64,000 bases of DNA from an uncultured Bacteroides sp. (GCA_964371675.1 CAYJNL010000005.1:45215-109214), one strand, 5' to 3'; shown: positions 18,926 through 29,021, counted from the stretch's first letter. The notes: generated by a model from the sequence alone, not told the origin. Numbers and translations are program-made.

Positions 18926-20131
18926 TTAATCCTCGCTTTCAATATGGGTAACAGTACAATTTAATTTGCCCTCGTGTAAATTAATTTCTAAGTTATCGTT
19001 TGTTTTCACTTGTTCTACACTTTTTATAACAGTATCGCCTTTTTTTACAAAGCAGTAACCCCTTGCAAGTACCCCATATGGGTTTAAAGACTCCCCTAGT
19101 GTAGCATAATGCTTTACACCGCTTTGCACCTCATGCAGTTTTTGCGCCATTGTACGCTTTATGCGTTTTTTTGTGCTTTGTAACTGTACAAGTTCGTTTG
19201 CAGGTTTTGTGGAAATTTGCCTTATTAGCGCAAAATTTTCGCTCATTCTCAACTTATTATAGCACATATCTATGTGGTTTAAAACACAATTTCTAATATT
19301 TTCAAAGCCTTTGTTTAAATTATCAAGCTCATCTTCCATATTTGGCATAACAATTTCTGCGGCGGCACTCGGCGTTGGCGCGCGTAAATCTGCCACAAAA
19401 TCAAGTATGCTAAAGTCAATTTCGTGCCCTATTGCACTAACTATTGGTGTAGTGCAATTAAATGCCGCATGTGCTATATCCTCGCTGTTGAAAACCCACA
19501 AGTCCTCTTTTGAACCACCACCGCGTGCAATTATTATTACATCACATCTGTTTGTTGCATCAAGTATTTTTATAGCATTTACAATTTCTGTGGCGGCGCT
19601 ATCACCTTGCACATTAGTTGGCGCAAGTAAAAAGTGAGCATTTGGGTTTCTGCGCTTTGTCACATTAAAGATGTCTTGTATTGCCGCACCTGTCTTGGAG
19701 GTTATAAGCCCTACACAGCGCGGAAATTCAGGCAACATTTTTTTGTGTTTCATATCAAAAAGCCCTTGTTTTTCAAGCTTTTCCTTAAGCCTTTCAAAAG
19801 CTTCCTGTATAGCTCCTACACCGTCTAAAAACATGGAATCTGCATTTATTTGAAAGGTACCTTGTTGCTCATATAGTGTTATTTGCCCTCTAAGAATAAC
19901 ACTCAAGCCATTTTCCGGCTCAAAATTCACTCTACTTGCATAACTGCGAAACATTACAACTTTCACATTGCACTTTTCGTCTTTTATGGTAAAGTAACAG
20001 TGCCCTGTTTTTGAGTGCCTTGTGAAATTAGAAATTTCACCGCGAATGCCCACATCTGTTAAAACATAATCGCTTTCCAGCAATGTTTTAACGTATGCGT
20101 TTAGTGCTGATACGCTTATCACGTCTGCCAC
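18926..20131 (-). CDS. xseA: Exodeoxyribonuclease VII large subunit
   Basis: N-terminal OB fold (VRGEISNF...GHCYFTIKD) and catalytic core RGGGSKEDLWVFN. Confidence 0.92.
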   Translation of the reverse strand: MADVISVSALNAYVKTLLESDYVLTDVGIRGEISNFTRHSKTGHCYFTIKDEKCNVKVVMFRSYASRVNFEPENGLSVILRGQITLYEQQGTFQINADSMFLDGVGAIQEAFERLKEKLEKQGLFDMKHKKMLPEFPRCVGLITSKTGAAIQDIFNVTKRRNPNAHFLLAPTNVQGDSAATEIVNAIKILDATNRCDVIIIARGGGSKEDLWVFNSEDIAHAAFNCTTPIVSAIGHEIDFSILDFVADLRAPTPSAAAEIVMPNMEDELDNLNKGFENIRNCVLNHIDMCYNKLRMSENFALIRQISTKPANELVQLQSTKKRIKRTMAQKLHEVQSGVKHYATLGESLNPYGVLARGYCFVKKGDTVIKSVEQVKTNDNLEINLHEGKLNCTVTHIESED

Positions 20132-20188
20132 TGTTTACTTCACCTCCTGTTTTGTTTGGTTAATTACTTTGCTATGCAAGCTAAAGCT

Positions 20189-21118
20189 TTATAATTTTAA
20201 TTCTCTTGCCGTATAAACTGCCACACCTATTGCGTTATCAGATGAATGCTTGCCATCAACAAAAAAAACATTACCAAGCTCTGCTTTAACATATTCTTGT
20301 ATAATTTCACTGCTCATAACACCGCCTGCACATATTACAGGTGTATTTATATATGTTTTTTTTGCCACTTGTACTATTTTGCATACTGTTTGCGCAACAT
20401 GCAAAAGGCAAAATTTAGCTATGTAAGGTTTGCTTTTGCCATCTTCTATTAGTTTGTTACACTTATTTTCAAGGCCGGAAAAACTGCACTCTGTGCTTTT
20501 TACACTAACCTTTACTTTTATATCTTCATCGCATTGCTTTGCAATCTCGCTCAAATTTGCACCAGCCGGAAAACTAAAGCCAAGTTTAACGCCAACCCTG
20601 TCCACAGCTTGCCCTGCATATAAATCGGTAGTACCGCCTATTTTGTCGGTTATATTTAAACCGTCACAAAGCAAAAGCTCCGTAGTGCCACCCGAGATGT
20701 GAAACACAAGTTTTTGCGCTTCATAAAGCTCGTTTTTACCTAGTGCATATAGAGCAGAGGTTATATGCCCTTGTTGGTGGCTTGTTTCTATTATAGGTAT
20801 ATTACAGGCTGTGCTAATTGCAGTAGCAGAGCTTACCCCTGCCAAAAAACACGGCATATATGAGCCGTGTTTTGGGCGCGGTTTGCTTGAAACACCAACT
20901 GCACTTATCAATTCTTGCCCTATTGCTTTGCGCATTTCACAAAACATTTCAGGCAAAGCTACCGTGTGGTGAAATAGTGCATCGCTTTGCCTTAAACCAA
21001 GCTCACCTTGTTTTACAGGCAAAAAACGTTTGGCATCGTACATAATTTTTTGCGTTTTGGTGCTATATACAGCAATGGACGTAGCATAGTTGCTTGTATC
21101 AATACCCAGTACAAGCAT
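20189..21118 (-). CDS. Kae1/TsaD-like ASKHA-fold (peptidase M22 glycoprotease family) protein
   Basis: N-terminal LGIDTSNY and an SHQQGH metal-binding-like motif; 309 aa. It occupies the slot where folD sits in B. subtilis. Confidence 0.65.
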   Translation of the reverse strand: MLVLGIDTSNYATSIAVYSTKTQKIMYDAKRFLPVKQGELGLRQSDALFHHTVALPEMFCEMRKAIGQELISAVGVSSKPRPKHGSYMPCFLAGVSSATAISTACNIPIIETSHQQGHITSALYALGKNELYEAQKLVFHISGGTTELLLCDGLNITDKIGGTTDLYAGQAVDRVGVKLGFSFPAGANLSEIAKQCDEDIKVKVSVKSTECSFSGLENKCNKLIEDGKSKPYIAKFCLLHVAQTVCKIVQVAKKTYINTPVICAGGVMSSEIIQEYVKAELGNVFFVDGKHSSDNAIGVAVYTARELKL

Positions 21119-21588
21119 TAATCTTCTCCGCTTGAAGGCTCTGCAATAGCTGTATCTTCTGTATTGTCAGGCTGTGCTGTAACCACTTGTTCACCGTGCA
21201 AATCTTTTGCTATAACACCGAGAACACCATTGATAAACTGATAATCATTTTCACCTGCATATTTTTTTGAAATTTCAACTGCTTCGTTTATAACAATGCT
21301 ATCAATGTTTTCTTCGCTCATCATCATTTCAGCTACACAAATTCTTAAAATTGCAACATTTACACGTGGTAAACGCTCTATTTTCCAATCTTTTAAACGC
21401 GCTTTTATTGCATCGTCAACTTCACAGCTGTTTTCTAAAAAGTAATTTATTAACTTTTCACCATAAGCATTTACGCAAAATTCGTCGTTTTCTCGTGATG
21501 TTTCAATTATATCTCTAATATCATTTATGCCGAAAGACATCTCAAACAGTGCCGCAACAGCATTTTCTCTAGCTTGCCTTCTTTTCAT
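21118..21588 (-). CDS. nusB: Transcription antitermination factor NusB
   Basis: MKRRQARENAVAALF start with AAGGGGA upstream. The track start at 21636 would overlap asp23. Confidence 0.9.
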   Translation of the reverse strand: MKRRQARENAVAALFEMSFGINDIRDIIETSRENDEFCVNAYGEKLINYFLENSCEVDDAIKARLKDWKIERLPRVNVAILRICVAEMMMSEENIDSIVINEAVEISKKYAGENDYQFINGVLGVIAKDLHGEQVVTAQPDNTEDTAIAEPSSGED

Positions 21589-21601
21589 TTTTATATTCCC
21601 C

Positions 21602-21964
21602 TTATTGCTCTTGTTGCTCTCTTGAAACACCGGCAATAACTACATTAACGCGGGACACCGTAATACCCGTCATGTTTTGCACTGCATGTTTTACGTTTTC
21701 TTGTACTTTCAAACAAAGTGGCTGTACTTTTTTGCCAAACTCAACAACTAAATTTACGGTAATTTCCGCAACATCATCATAAAGTATAACAAGTATATCT
21801 TTTTTTTCAGATGGCTTTTTTAAAAGCCCTTTAGCACCTTGTGTGCAAGTTGATGTCTCTTTCACACCGTCAACTTCAATTGCGGCAATTCTTGCAATTT
21901 TACCAATAACATCTGTTGAAATTTGCAAGCTACCACCGATAGATTTGTTTTGTATATTTTCCAT
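21602..21964 (-). CDS. Asp23/Gls24 family alkaline shock protein
   Basis: 120 aa with VIGKIARIAAIEVDGV and GITVSRVNVVI motifs. Canonical position upstream of nusB. Confidence 0.85.
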   Translation of the reverse strand: MENIQNKSIGGSLQISTDVIGKIARIAAIEVDGVKETSTCTQGAKGLLKKPSEKKDILVILYDDVAEITVNLVVEFGKKVQPLCLKVQENVKHAVQNMTGITVSRVNVVIAGVSREQQEQ

Positions 21965-22062
21965 AATTACTCCGTTCCAAAATAAGTGACGTATAACTGT
22001 TTAAAACCAATGTATTTTAACATGCCACACTTATTTATAATGTAATAAAACATAATACGTCT

Positions 22063-22091
22063 ATTATACCACTTTTGTTTAAATTTAACAA
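22063..22091 (-). promoter_or_regulatory. Sigma-A type promoter candidate for the asp23-nusB operon
   Basis: On the minus strand: TTGTTA, 17-nt spacer ending in TGG, TATAAT (extended -10-like). Confidence 0.5.
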
Positions 22092-22278
22092 CTGTTAAAA
22101 ATGATAATATAAGCGCTTACATTTTAATTTTTGTTTAACAATTCAATAGTTTACAACTCCATAAGTAAAAAAGCAGTTAAAATTAAAATGTATGTTTATT
22201 TTTATTAAAACACTATGCAAAACAAAGTAAAATATGTTAATATATAGTAAAAGCAAAATAATATGAATAGCCGTCAAA

Positions 22279-22438
22279 AATATAGTTGCCCCACTTTTAA
22301 ATTTGCACAAGCAAGCGACAAAAAAATGAGCTTATCAAAGCATTGTAATGAGCAATAATGTTGTATTGCGATTGATAACAGTAAAGATAAGCAGAATTTT
22401 AACAAACGACTTGCATGAAATTTAAAATGGATTGACTA
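22279..22438 (+). repeat. Family B structured repeat, copy B1
   Basis: Shares ATATAGTTG..., TTATCAA(A/G)GCAT, GAGCAATAatgtTGTATTGCGATTGA, GATAAGCAGAATTTTAAC and GGATTGACTAAA with the copies at 37840 and 44790. Confidence 0.7.
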
Positions 22439-22468
22439 AAACATTAAATTAATTAAAGAGGTGCCACT

Positions 22469-24550
22469 ATGACCGCTGAATTTATGTCACATCAATTAAT
22501 GCTGTTTTATACCTCCGTTGCTATTTTTGTTCTTGGTACAATATTTGTTTTTATTTTAAGCAGTTTTGTACGCATTGGTTCAAAAAGAAAAATAGCATTG
22601 CTATTTTTAGTTAATGCAGGTGCACTAATGCCGCTTTACTTAAACGGGCACAGAGATGCACAAGGTGGTATTATTGACTCCGTAATAAGTGCTGCACTTG
22701 GCATTATTAAAATTTTCCGTGGAGATGGTGAGCTTGAAGTAACGAGAGATATGCTTGGTACATTACCCAGCGATTTTATTGCCATTGCCGCAATTTATAC
22801 AGGCATAGTCCACCTTGTAATGTCTGCTTTGTTACTTGGTTTTATTTTAAGTTTGTTTAAAGATTTTTTTCCTAAGTTAAAGTTCAAACTCTCTCCACGT
22901 GTCAAGCTTAATGTTTTTAGCCAATTAAATCAAAGAAGTATGCTCTTAGCGCAAGATATCAGAAAAACAAATAAAAGAACAAGAATAGTGTTTTTAAATA
23001 CATCATCTGACATAAATATTGATATATCTGTAATGCTTGAAAAAGCAAGTGAGATAAACGCATTTGTGTTTGACATTGGGTTGTGTGATTTGAAAATACC
23101 ATTACTTATACGTGAAACTAATTTTTTCTTGTTAAAAGTAGATGAGCGAGAGAATATAAAAGATTTTTTACAATTAGCAGAAATGTACAATAAGGGCAAA
23201 CATTTGCGCAAAAAAATAAAATTGCATATACTTTCCTCACAAAGTGAAGTTGAAATATTTGTTGACTCTACTGCTTTAAACCCAAAATCTAACATGACAT
23301 TTCGCATTATTAAAGAAAACCGTTTGATGCTATATAATTTATACAATAAGTTACCTTTATTTTTAGCAAAAAAGAATGATGAACTTGAGATGCTTATTAT
23401 TGGTATAGGGCGCAAGGGCATAGAGGCTGCAAAAGTAGCGGCTTGGTGTGCACAAACACTAAAGTGCAAACCACGAATAATACTTGTGGACAAAGACGGC
23501 GAGATTGAGAGCAAATTCGAGAAAGACTGCCCCGGGTTATATATGAGAACAGCTGAGCCTGAAGCAAAGCAAAATTGTGAGATTGTATTTGAGAAATTTG
23601 ACGTTGAGGGTGGAGATTTTACACCTATGCTTAAAAAGCACCCAAATGTGGGCTATGTAATTTGCACACTTGGCGATGATAGGCTTAATTTAAGAACAGC
23701 AATAACCGTACGCAGTGTTTATGAAGAAATTAAGTTTGAAAATGATGAAAAAGTAACATCGTTGCCCTTTATTAACGTGCTTATAAAAGACCCTCATTTG
23801 TACAATGTTACAAAAAATTTAAAATATGACAAACGAGTTGACTGTAATTTACTTCCATTTGGCAGTTTGGAAGAAACCTACACCTGGAACAACTTAGTTA
23901 CACCATATCTTGATTCTCTGGGTATGGCTTTCAATAGGTTTTATGTACAGCATTTTGCAAGTAATAAAATTGACGCAGCTAAAACAGAAAAAGAAAGACA
24001 AGCAATAATTGATGAAGTAAACAAAGGCGCTGATCAAAATTATGAGAGAAGCGAGTACGAAAGAGCCTCGTCAATTGCGCTGGCATTGCACAGTAAATAT
24101 AAAATATATGCCTGCTTAATTGAATATGCAGGCAAGGAGTTTGTGCCGAAAGACTGGCTTGGAAGGCCTAAAAAAGAAAAAATGGAAGAAATAGTTACCG
24201 AAATTAATGCTATATTTGCTGATGAAAAAACAGGTGCTATCTGTATGGAGGAGCTTGCAAAACTTGAACATACCAGATGGAATTTAAACTTACTTTCAAC
24301 AGGGTGGCGCAGTTGTACCACAGAACAAGCCGACACATGGTTTGAAGCTTTTAAAGGGCACAGAAATTTTGCTGCAAAACTCCACCCTTGTATTATCCCG
24401 TGGGAAAACCTAGAGGCACTTGACAAGTGGAAAGACTCATGGACACTTGAAAAAACTGGTAAGCCAAGTGACTTTAAAGAGCTTGACAGGTTAATGATTA
24501 AAAAATTGCCTGAAATTTTATTGTGGGCTGAAGATATTGTGACGGACTAA
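22469..24550 (+). CDS. Membrane protein with Rossmann-like (TrkA-N-like) region and C-terminal RyR-like domain
   Basis: 693 aa. RBS AAGAGGTG. About 4 N-terminal hydrophobic helices. GxGxxG in LIIGIGRKGIEAAK. C-terminal LAKLEHTRWNLNLLSTGW...KLHPCIIPWENL resembles the RyR repeat-domain signature. Confidence 0.85.
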   Translation: MTAEFMSHQLMLFYTSVAIFVLGTIFVFILSSFVRIGSKRKIALLFLVNAGALMPLYLNGHRDAQGGIIDSVISAALGIIKIFRGDGELEVTRDMLGTLPSDFIAIAAIYTGIVHLVMSALLLGFILSLFKDFFPKLKFKLSPRVKLNVFSQLNQRSMLLAQDIRKTNKRTRIVFLNTSSDINIDISVMLEKASEINAFVFDIGLCDLKIPLLIRETNFFLLKVDERENIKDFLQLAEMYNKGKHLRKKIKLHILSSQSEVEIFVDSTALNPKSNMTFRIIKENRLMLYNLYNKLPLFLAKKNDELEMLIIGIGRKGIEAAKVAAWCAQTLKCKPRIILVDKDGEIESKFEKDCPGLYMRTAEPEAKQNCEIVFEKFDVEGGDFTPMLKKHPNVGYVICTLGDDRLNLRTAITVRSVYEEIKFENDEKVTSLPFINVLIKDPHLYNVTKNLKYDKRVDCNLLPFGSLEETYTWNNLVTPYLDSLGMAFNRFYVQHFASNKIDAAKTEKERQAIIDEVNKGADQNYERSEYERASSIALALHSKYKIYACLIEYAGKEFVPKDWLGRPKKEKMEEIVTEINAIFADEKTGAICMEELAKLEHTRWNLNLLSTGWRSCTTEQADTWFEAFKGHRNFAAKLHPCIIPWENLEALDKWKDSWTLEKTGKPSDFKELDRLMIKKLPEILLWAEDIVTD

Positions 24551-24609
24551 CACAAAAAGTAAGTTATATCATAAAAATTCATCGCATATTCACAGCACAC
24601 AAAATTGTA

Positions 24610-24684
24610 TGGACACCTCCCAATGTAATACCCGAATACAAAGGAAATTCCTAAGTTTTGGGGCTAGCATAAAGGAGGTGTCCA
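24610..24684. terminator. Terminator-like hairpin between convergent genes
   Basis: 11-bp stem TGGACACCTCC / GGAGGTGTCCA with a 53-nt loop, followed by CATTTTTTAT on the plus strand. Confidence 0.55.
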
Positions 24685-24733
24685 CATTTTTTATCAACAA
24701 ATATTATTTATGTTCTCAATAGTTTATTAATGT

Positions 24734-27226
24734 TTATTTCTGGTTTTTTAAAACAGTTAAATAATTTTTACGCTCGCTATATTCCACACTTTCAACAATA
24801 CTTTTTAATATGTTTCTGCACGCTCTCTCAAGTGCGGCATGCGATAATTCGCCTTTTTTATATGATTTATATATATCTCTAAAATAACTGCCACCACCCG
24901 GCATAATCAAATCATTTCCGCAATTTACAGCATCGCTGTTTGATGCAAGACCTTTTGCCGTTGATGTCCAGTCTGTCATTACAACGCCGTCAAAACCCCA
25001 CTCTTTGCGTAAAATTTCAGTATTCAATTCTTTGCTGTTAGGTGTGTACACACCGTTTAGCTTATTATAAGCTGTCATTACAGAGGCAGGTTTACTCTCT
25101 TTAACGGCTATTTCAAAGCCTTTCAAGTAGATTTCGCGCAGTGCTCTTTCGCTTAAATTACTTGAGGAGGTAGTGCGTTTATATTCTTGATTATTACAAG
25201 CAAAATGCTTTATTGTAGCATAGTTACCCTTAATTTTTTGTACTCCACGCGTTATTGCCGCAGCACATTTTCCGGACACTAACGGGTCTTCAGAGTAATA
25301 TTCAAAGTTTCTGCCGCAAAGCGGGTTTCTATGTATATTTAATGCCGGTGCAAGCCAAAACGTTGCGCCGTACTCTTTCAGCTCATTTGAAACGGCATAG
25401 CCAATCTCGGTTAAAAGCTCCTCGTTCCATGTTTGTGCAAGCGCTGTGCCAATGGGGAAAGATGTTGTAAAAACATACGCAAGCTTGCCTTTATTTGGGT
25501 TTCCTTTATATATTTTTTGCAGCATTTTAGGGAAATAATTGAAGTGTTCAAAAGGATAGTCTATAGGTTTTACCTTGCCGTTTTTGTAAATTACAGTGGT
25601 TTGCCTTAACCGTAATCCGGCTGGCCCATCCACAAGCGCAACATTTGGTATTCCTTTTTTATACAGCCTATCTGTTGTGTTGCCAACAGAGCCAAAACAC
25701 GGGAATTTCGTCTCATTAAGGTAAGACGAGCCCACTGTTAATTTGCACATATCTTTTGGTGTAAGGCGAGACATAAGCTTCTCCACTTCCCTACTAGTTT
25801 CGCTATCATCAACATTTTTATGCTTAATATCGTCATAGTTTATTACATGTGTTGTAATATCACCAGCGTTTAAATTTAATATTTCTATACTATCAATTGG
25901 CAATTCAGGGTTTTCAATGCCCGCCATTGCATCTATAACTTTTTGTGGTGTGCACATGTTTTTAAGCTTTGTAACAACAACGTCTTCACTTAAATTAATG
26001 GCAAAATACAGCTTGTTGTTGCGTGAGCAATTACCTACTTTTATGCCATAATACCCTTTTTCAAGCACAAAGCTTGCATTTTCTTCATCATAACTTGCAA
26101 GGTCTTCAAAATTAAAATTCAAAGTAAGGCTTTGAGTTTCACTGCATTCGAGTTCTTTGGTTTTTGCAAATGCTATAAGCCTTTGGCGTTCTTTTTTCAG
26201 CTTGCCGTTTGGCAAAACAGCATAGCACTGCACCACCTCTTTGCCTTTGTAATCGCCTATGTTTTTAACATTTACAATAAGCTTAAAATCAGTGCTGTTT
26301 TGCACAATATTGCACAACTCTAAACTAAATTTTGTGTATGACATCCCATAACCAAATGGATATTTCGGCTGTTTATCAAATGTGTCAAAATAACGGTAAC
26401 CTACATAAATGCCCTCTTTATACTCGCCATCTATTGTGTTTTTGTTTATGTAGCTGTACTCGTCTGCATAAGGTATGTCGCTGTAACTTTTTACCCAAGT
26501 GCTTGTCAGCTTACCGCTTGGTGTTGTTTTACCCATAACAACCTCAGCAAAAGCAGCACCGCCTTGCATGCCAAGCTGTGAAAAATATAAAATAGCATTT
26601 ATGCCGTTAATGTGTTCAATTGCACTTAAATCTATAGTGCAGCCTGTGTTAAGCACCAATATAAACTTATCAAATGTTGCGCTAAGCAAGGCTATGCTCT
26701 TTACTTCTTCATCTGAAAGAGCAAACTCCCCTTTTTCGTTTTTCAAGTCCTCGCCCTCACCTGAAAGGCGTGCAATTATATATATTGCTGTATCAGTGTT
26801 TGCATTTTCTATGTCTTTTTGTGTTACGGCCCTGCCTATTGGGTATATGAAATGCTCGTTTAAAAACATTGCCATGTTTGTTATGCTAAATTTTTTGCGC
26901 AGTCTCTCGCCCCATTTTGCATGTTCTGCCTTATACAATTTTTCGTATTCATCGCTCCAATTTTGGCATAAAAGCTCAATACCCGCATCTTTAAGACCTT
27001 GCTTTATTGTAATATTATCGCGGCTGTTTACATCACCCGAACCTGTGCCACCTTTTATTGTCTTAACTGCACCTGCACCAAAGAGTGCTAATCTTTTTGC
27101 CTTTATCGGCAGTGCACCGTCGTTTTCTAGTAAAACCATGCCCTCAACCGCCGCTCTTTGTGCTATAATTTTGTTTTTTTCTTCGATATTTGAAATTCCT
27201 CTTGTCTCTTTAGCTTTTATGTACAT
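24734..27226 (-). CDS. Glycoside hydrolase family 3 beta-glucosidase-like enzyme with reversed domain order
   Basis: 830 aa. The N-terminus looks like the GH3 alpha/beta-sandwich domain (AAVEGMVLLENDGALPI...GGTGSGDVN). The C-terminus carries the barrel-domain motifs (KHFACNNQEYKR...MTAYNKLNG...WGFDGVVMTDW). Confidence 0.9.
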   Translation of the reverse strand: MYIKAKETRGISNIEEKNKIIAQRAAVEGMVLLENDGALPIKAKRLALFGAGAVKTIKGGTGSGDVNSRDNITIKQGLKDAGIELLCQNWSDEYEKLYKAEHAKWGERLRKKFSITNMAMFLNEHFIYPIGRAVTQKDIENANTDTAIYIIARLSGEGEDLKNEKGEFALSDEEVKSIALLSATFDKFILVLNTGCTIDLSAIEHINGINAILYFSQLGMQGGAAFAEVVMGKTTPSGKLTSTWVKSYSDIPYADEYSYINKNTIDGEYKEGIYVGYRYFDTFDKQPKYPFGYGMSYTKFSLELCNIVQNSTDFKLIVNVKNIGDYKGKEVVQCYAVLPNGKLKKERQRLIAFAKTKELECSETQSLTLNFNFEDLASYDEENASFVLEKGYYGIKVGNCSRNNKLYFAINLSEDVVVTKLKNMCTPQKVIDAMAGIENPELPIDSIEILNLNAGDITTHVINYDDIKHKNVDDSETSREVEKLMSRLTPKDMCKLTVGSSYLNETKFPCFGSVGNTTDRLYKKGIPNVALVDGPAGLRLRQTTVIYKNGKVKPIDYPFEHFNYFPKMLQKIYKGNPNKGKLAYVFTTSFPIGTALAQTWNEELLTEIGYAVSNELKEYGATFWLAPALNIHRNPLCGRNFEYYSEDPLVSGKCAAAITRGVQKIKGNYATIKHFACNNQEYKRTTSSSNLSERALREIYLKGFEIAVKESKPASVMTAYNKLNGVYTPNSKELNTEILRKEWGFDGVVMTDWTSTAKGLASNSDAVNCGNDLIMPGGGSYFRDIYKSYKKGELSHAALERACRNILKSIVESVEYSERKNYLTVLKNQK

Positions 27227-27251
27227 ATCTGTAACTTTCCTTTCGGTAAAC

Positions 27252-27297
27252 TAGCCAATCCGATGTAATCCGAACCCGGATTCATCGGATTGGCTAA
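27252..27297 (-). terminator. Strong nested hairpin between the AEC permease gene and the GH3 start (terminator or leader attenuator)
   Basis: TAGCCAATCCGATG ... CATCGGATTGGCTA encloses an AATCCG/CGGATT inner stem. It lies about 125 nt after the upstream stop and about 27 nt before the GH3 ATG. Confidence 0.55.
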
Positions 27298-27421
27298 GCA
27301 GTGTTAATAAAGTAATATCAAAAACGGATAGTATAATATGTATTTACCACTACACGTAGGTGCTTACAATATTTGCATAAAAAAATGGCAAAGTTTTTGT
27401 TTGTAAAGCCTCCTATGTGTT

Positions 27422-28348
27422 TTAAATCCCTAAAACATTTTGCGCAATTATTGACACTAATGGCAATGTAATAATTAAAAACAATGTAGAGTGTAGTACC
27501 GCCATACTTGACAGTTCAGGCTCAACATTTTTTTGTTTGGCCAGTGTTGCACCCATTGCACCAGCCGCACAAGAAAGTATAATTACAACAGAAAAGGCAA
27601 TTTGTACATCGAGCCCCAATAGTTTTAATAAAAAAGTTAGTAAAATTGGGAAAGCAATGCACCTAATAAATGTAATTATGTATAAAAATTTATTTTTGAG
27701 TATAGATAAAAGGTTTCCGCCGCTTAACATCAAACCTATTAAAACAAGTGCAATAGGTGTAGTTGCACCACCAAGTATGCTACATGCGTCTTGCACAACA
27801 GTTGGTAATTTAAGCCCGAAGAAAAGCATAATTATCATAACTGTACTTGCAATGTTGCCGGGAGTAAGTAAAGATTTTACATTAAACTTTGAATCTTTAG
27901 AAAAAAGTTTAGTACCGTAAGTAAAAAAGTACAGGTTATAGCACATTACACTTGCAACAACATATGTCATACTACTCTCTCCGAAAAGTGCAGTTACAAG
28001 CGGCATACCTATAAATAAGTTATTGGGCAAAACACAAAACATTACAAAAACTGCTCTTTTTTCTTGTGTAAGCTTCATAACTCGTGCTAAAATTTCGCAT
28101 ATAATTGTACACAAAATATAAAATACAATGTTAATAATAAACACTAAAAATAACTCTTGTGTTGTCTGCCGCCCCTCGCCATAGCTTGTGGAGGCAAGTA
28201 GTGTTGCAGGTAGTGATATTTTCATCAAAAATTCTGACAAAACACCCGTTTGCTCTGAAGTAATAATTTTCAACTTACCGGCTACAATTCCCACGCCTAC
28301 TATTATAAAAATCATTAAAATCTGTTGCAATAAAATTGCAGTAGACAT
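27422..28348 (-). CDS. AEC (auxin efflux carrier) family transporter
   Basis: 308 aa, about 10 hydrophobic helices in two halves, typical AEC-family length and composition. Confidence 0.75.
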   Translation of the reverse strand: MSTAILLQQILMIFIIVGVGIVAGKLKIITSEQTGVLSEFLMKISLPATLLASTSYGEGRQTTQELFLVFIINIVFYILCTIICEILARVMKLTQEKRAVFVMFCVLPNNLFIGMPLVTALFGESSMTYVVASVMCYNLYFFTYGTKLFSKDSKFNVKSLLTPGNIASTVMIIMLFFGLKLPTVVQDACSILGGATTPIALVLIGLMLSGGNLLSILKNKFLYIITFIRCIAFPILLTFLLKLLGLDVQIAFSVVIILSCAAGAMGATLAKQKNVEPELSSMAVLHSTLFLIITLPLVSIIAQNVLGI

Positions 28349-28361
28349 TTATGCACGTCCT

Positions 28362-29021
28362 TTAAATAAATTTCCCCATATCTTTAGTTAACAGAGCTGT
28401 TCGCATAATTTCTGTATCTGCACTGTTAACACCATAATTTTCTTCTAAATATTTTACTAATAAAATTGGGTTAATGTTAAGCCCAACACCCGAGGGCACA
28501 ATTACAGTAACTTTTAAAAAATCATCTTCAATGCACTTATCCATAATTTTAATGTGCTCTTTTAAATCAATCTCTTTCATTACACCTTTTTTGCCTTTTT
28601 TTAGAGCAATTGCGCTTTGCACTTTTTCAAACTCTTCAAAGGCTTTTTGTGCTGTTTCTATGTCGTTTTTTTCAAAAAAAAGCTCATGCTTTGCAAAGGC
28701 AATAGCCGCGGCAGGCATTTTTGTGCGCTCTGCACGGTAGCAACAAATACCCTCAGGCAGCCATTTATTTAAAATTTGTGGGGCATTTGCCCAGTCGTAA
28801 TTTTCATCGAGTGGCTTTATCTCAAACGACTCTGTAACGCTTTGTTGCCCAAGTGAGAGTGGCGCCGCAAATGTGATGTAAATATGAGGGTTAAAGCCCT
28901 GTGTGTAAAAAACAGGCAGTTTACTACATTTTAATGCACGCTGCATAACCCTTTGCAAGTCAAGCAAAGAAATATAACTTGCAACGCCTTTTTTTTCGTA
29001 CCAAAATCTAATTGTAGCCAA
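28362..29021 (-). CDS. TIGR03936/DUF2344-like radical SAM-associated protein
   Basis: Begins (M)ATIRFWYEKKG from a TTG 8 nt after GGAGG and overlaps the end of the upstream radical SAM gene by 14 nt. This gene pairing is conserved. Confidence 0.7.
   Translation of the reverse strand: MATIRFWYEKKGVASYISLLDLQRVMQRALKCSKLPVFYTQGFNPHIYITFAAPLSLGQQSVTESFEIKPLDENYDWANAPQILNKWLPEGICCYRAERTKMPAAAIAFAKHELFFEKNDIETAQKAFEEFEKVQSAIALKKGKKGVMKEIDLKEHIKIMDKCIEDDFLKVTVIVPSGVGLNINPILLVKYLEENYGVNSADTEIMRTALLTKDMGKFI

Noticed and set aside
22930-24426. Minus-strand ORFs of 194 aa and 128 aa inside the 693-aa gene
   Set aside because: They are embedded antisense in a longer ORF that has an RBS and recognisable domains, with no independent support.
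26499-27254. 251-aa plus-strand ORF
   Set aside because: It is antisense to the GH3 gene, which carries unambiguous family motifs. It is a shadow ORF.
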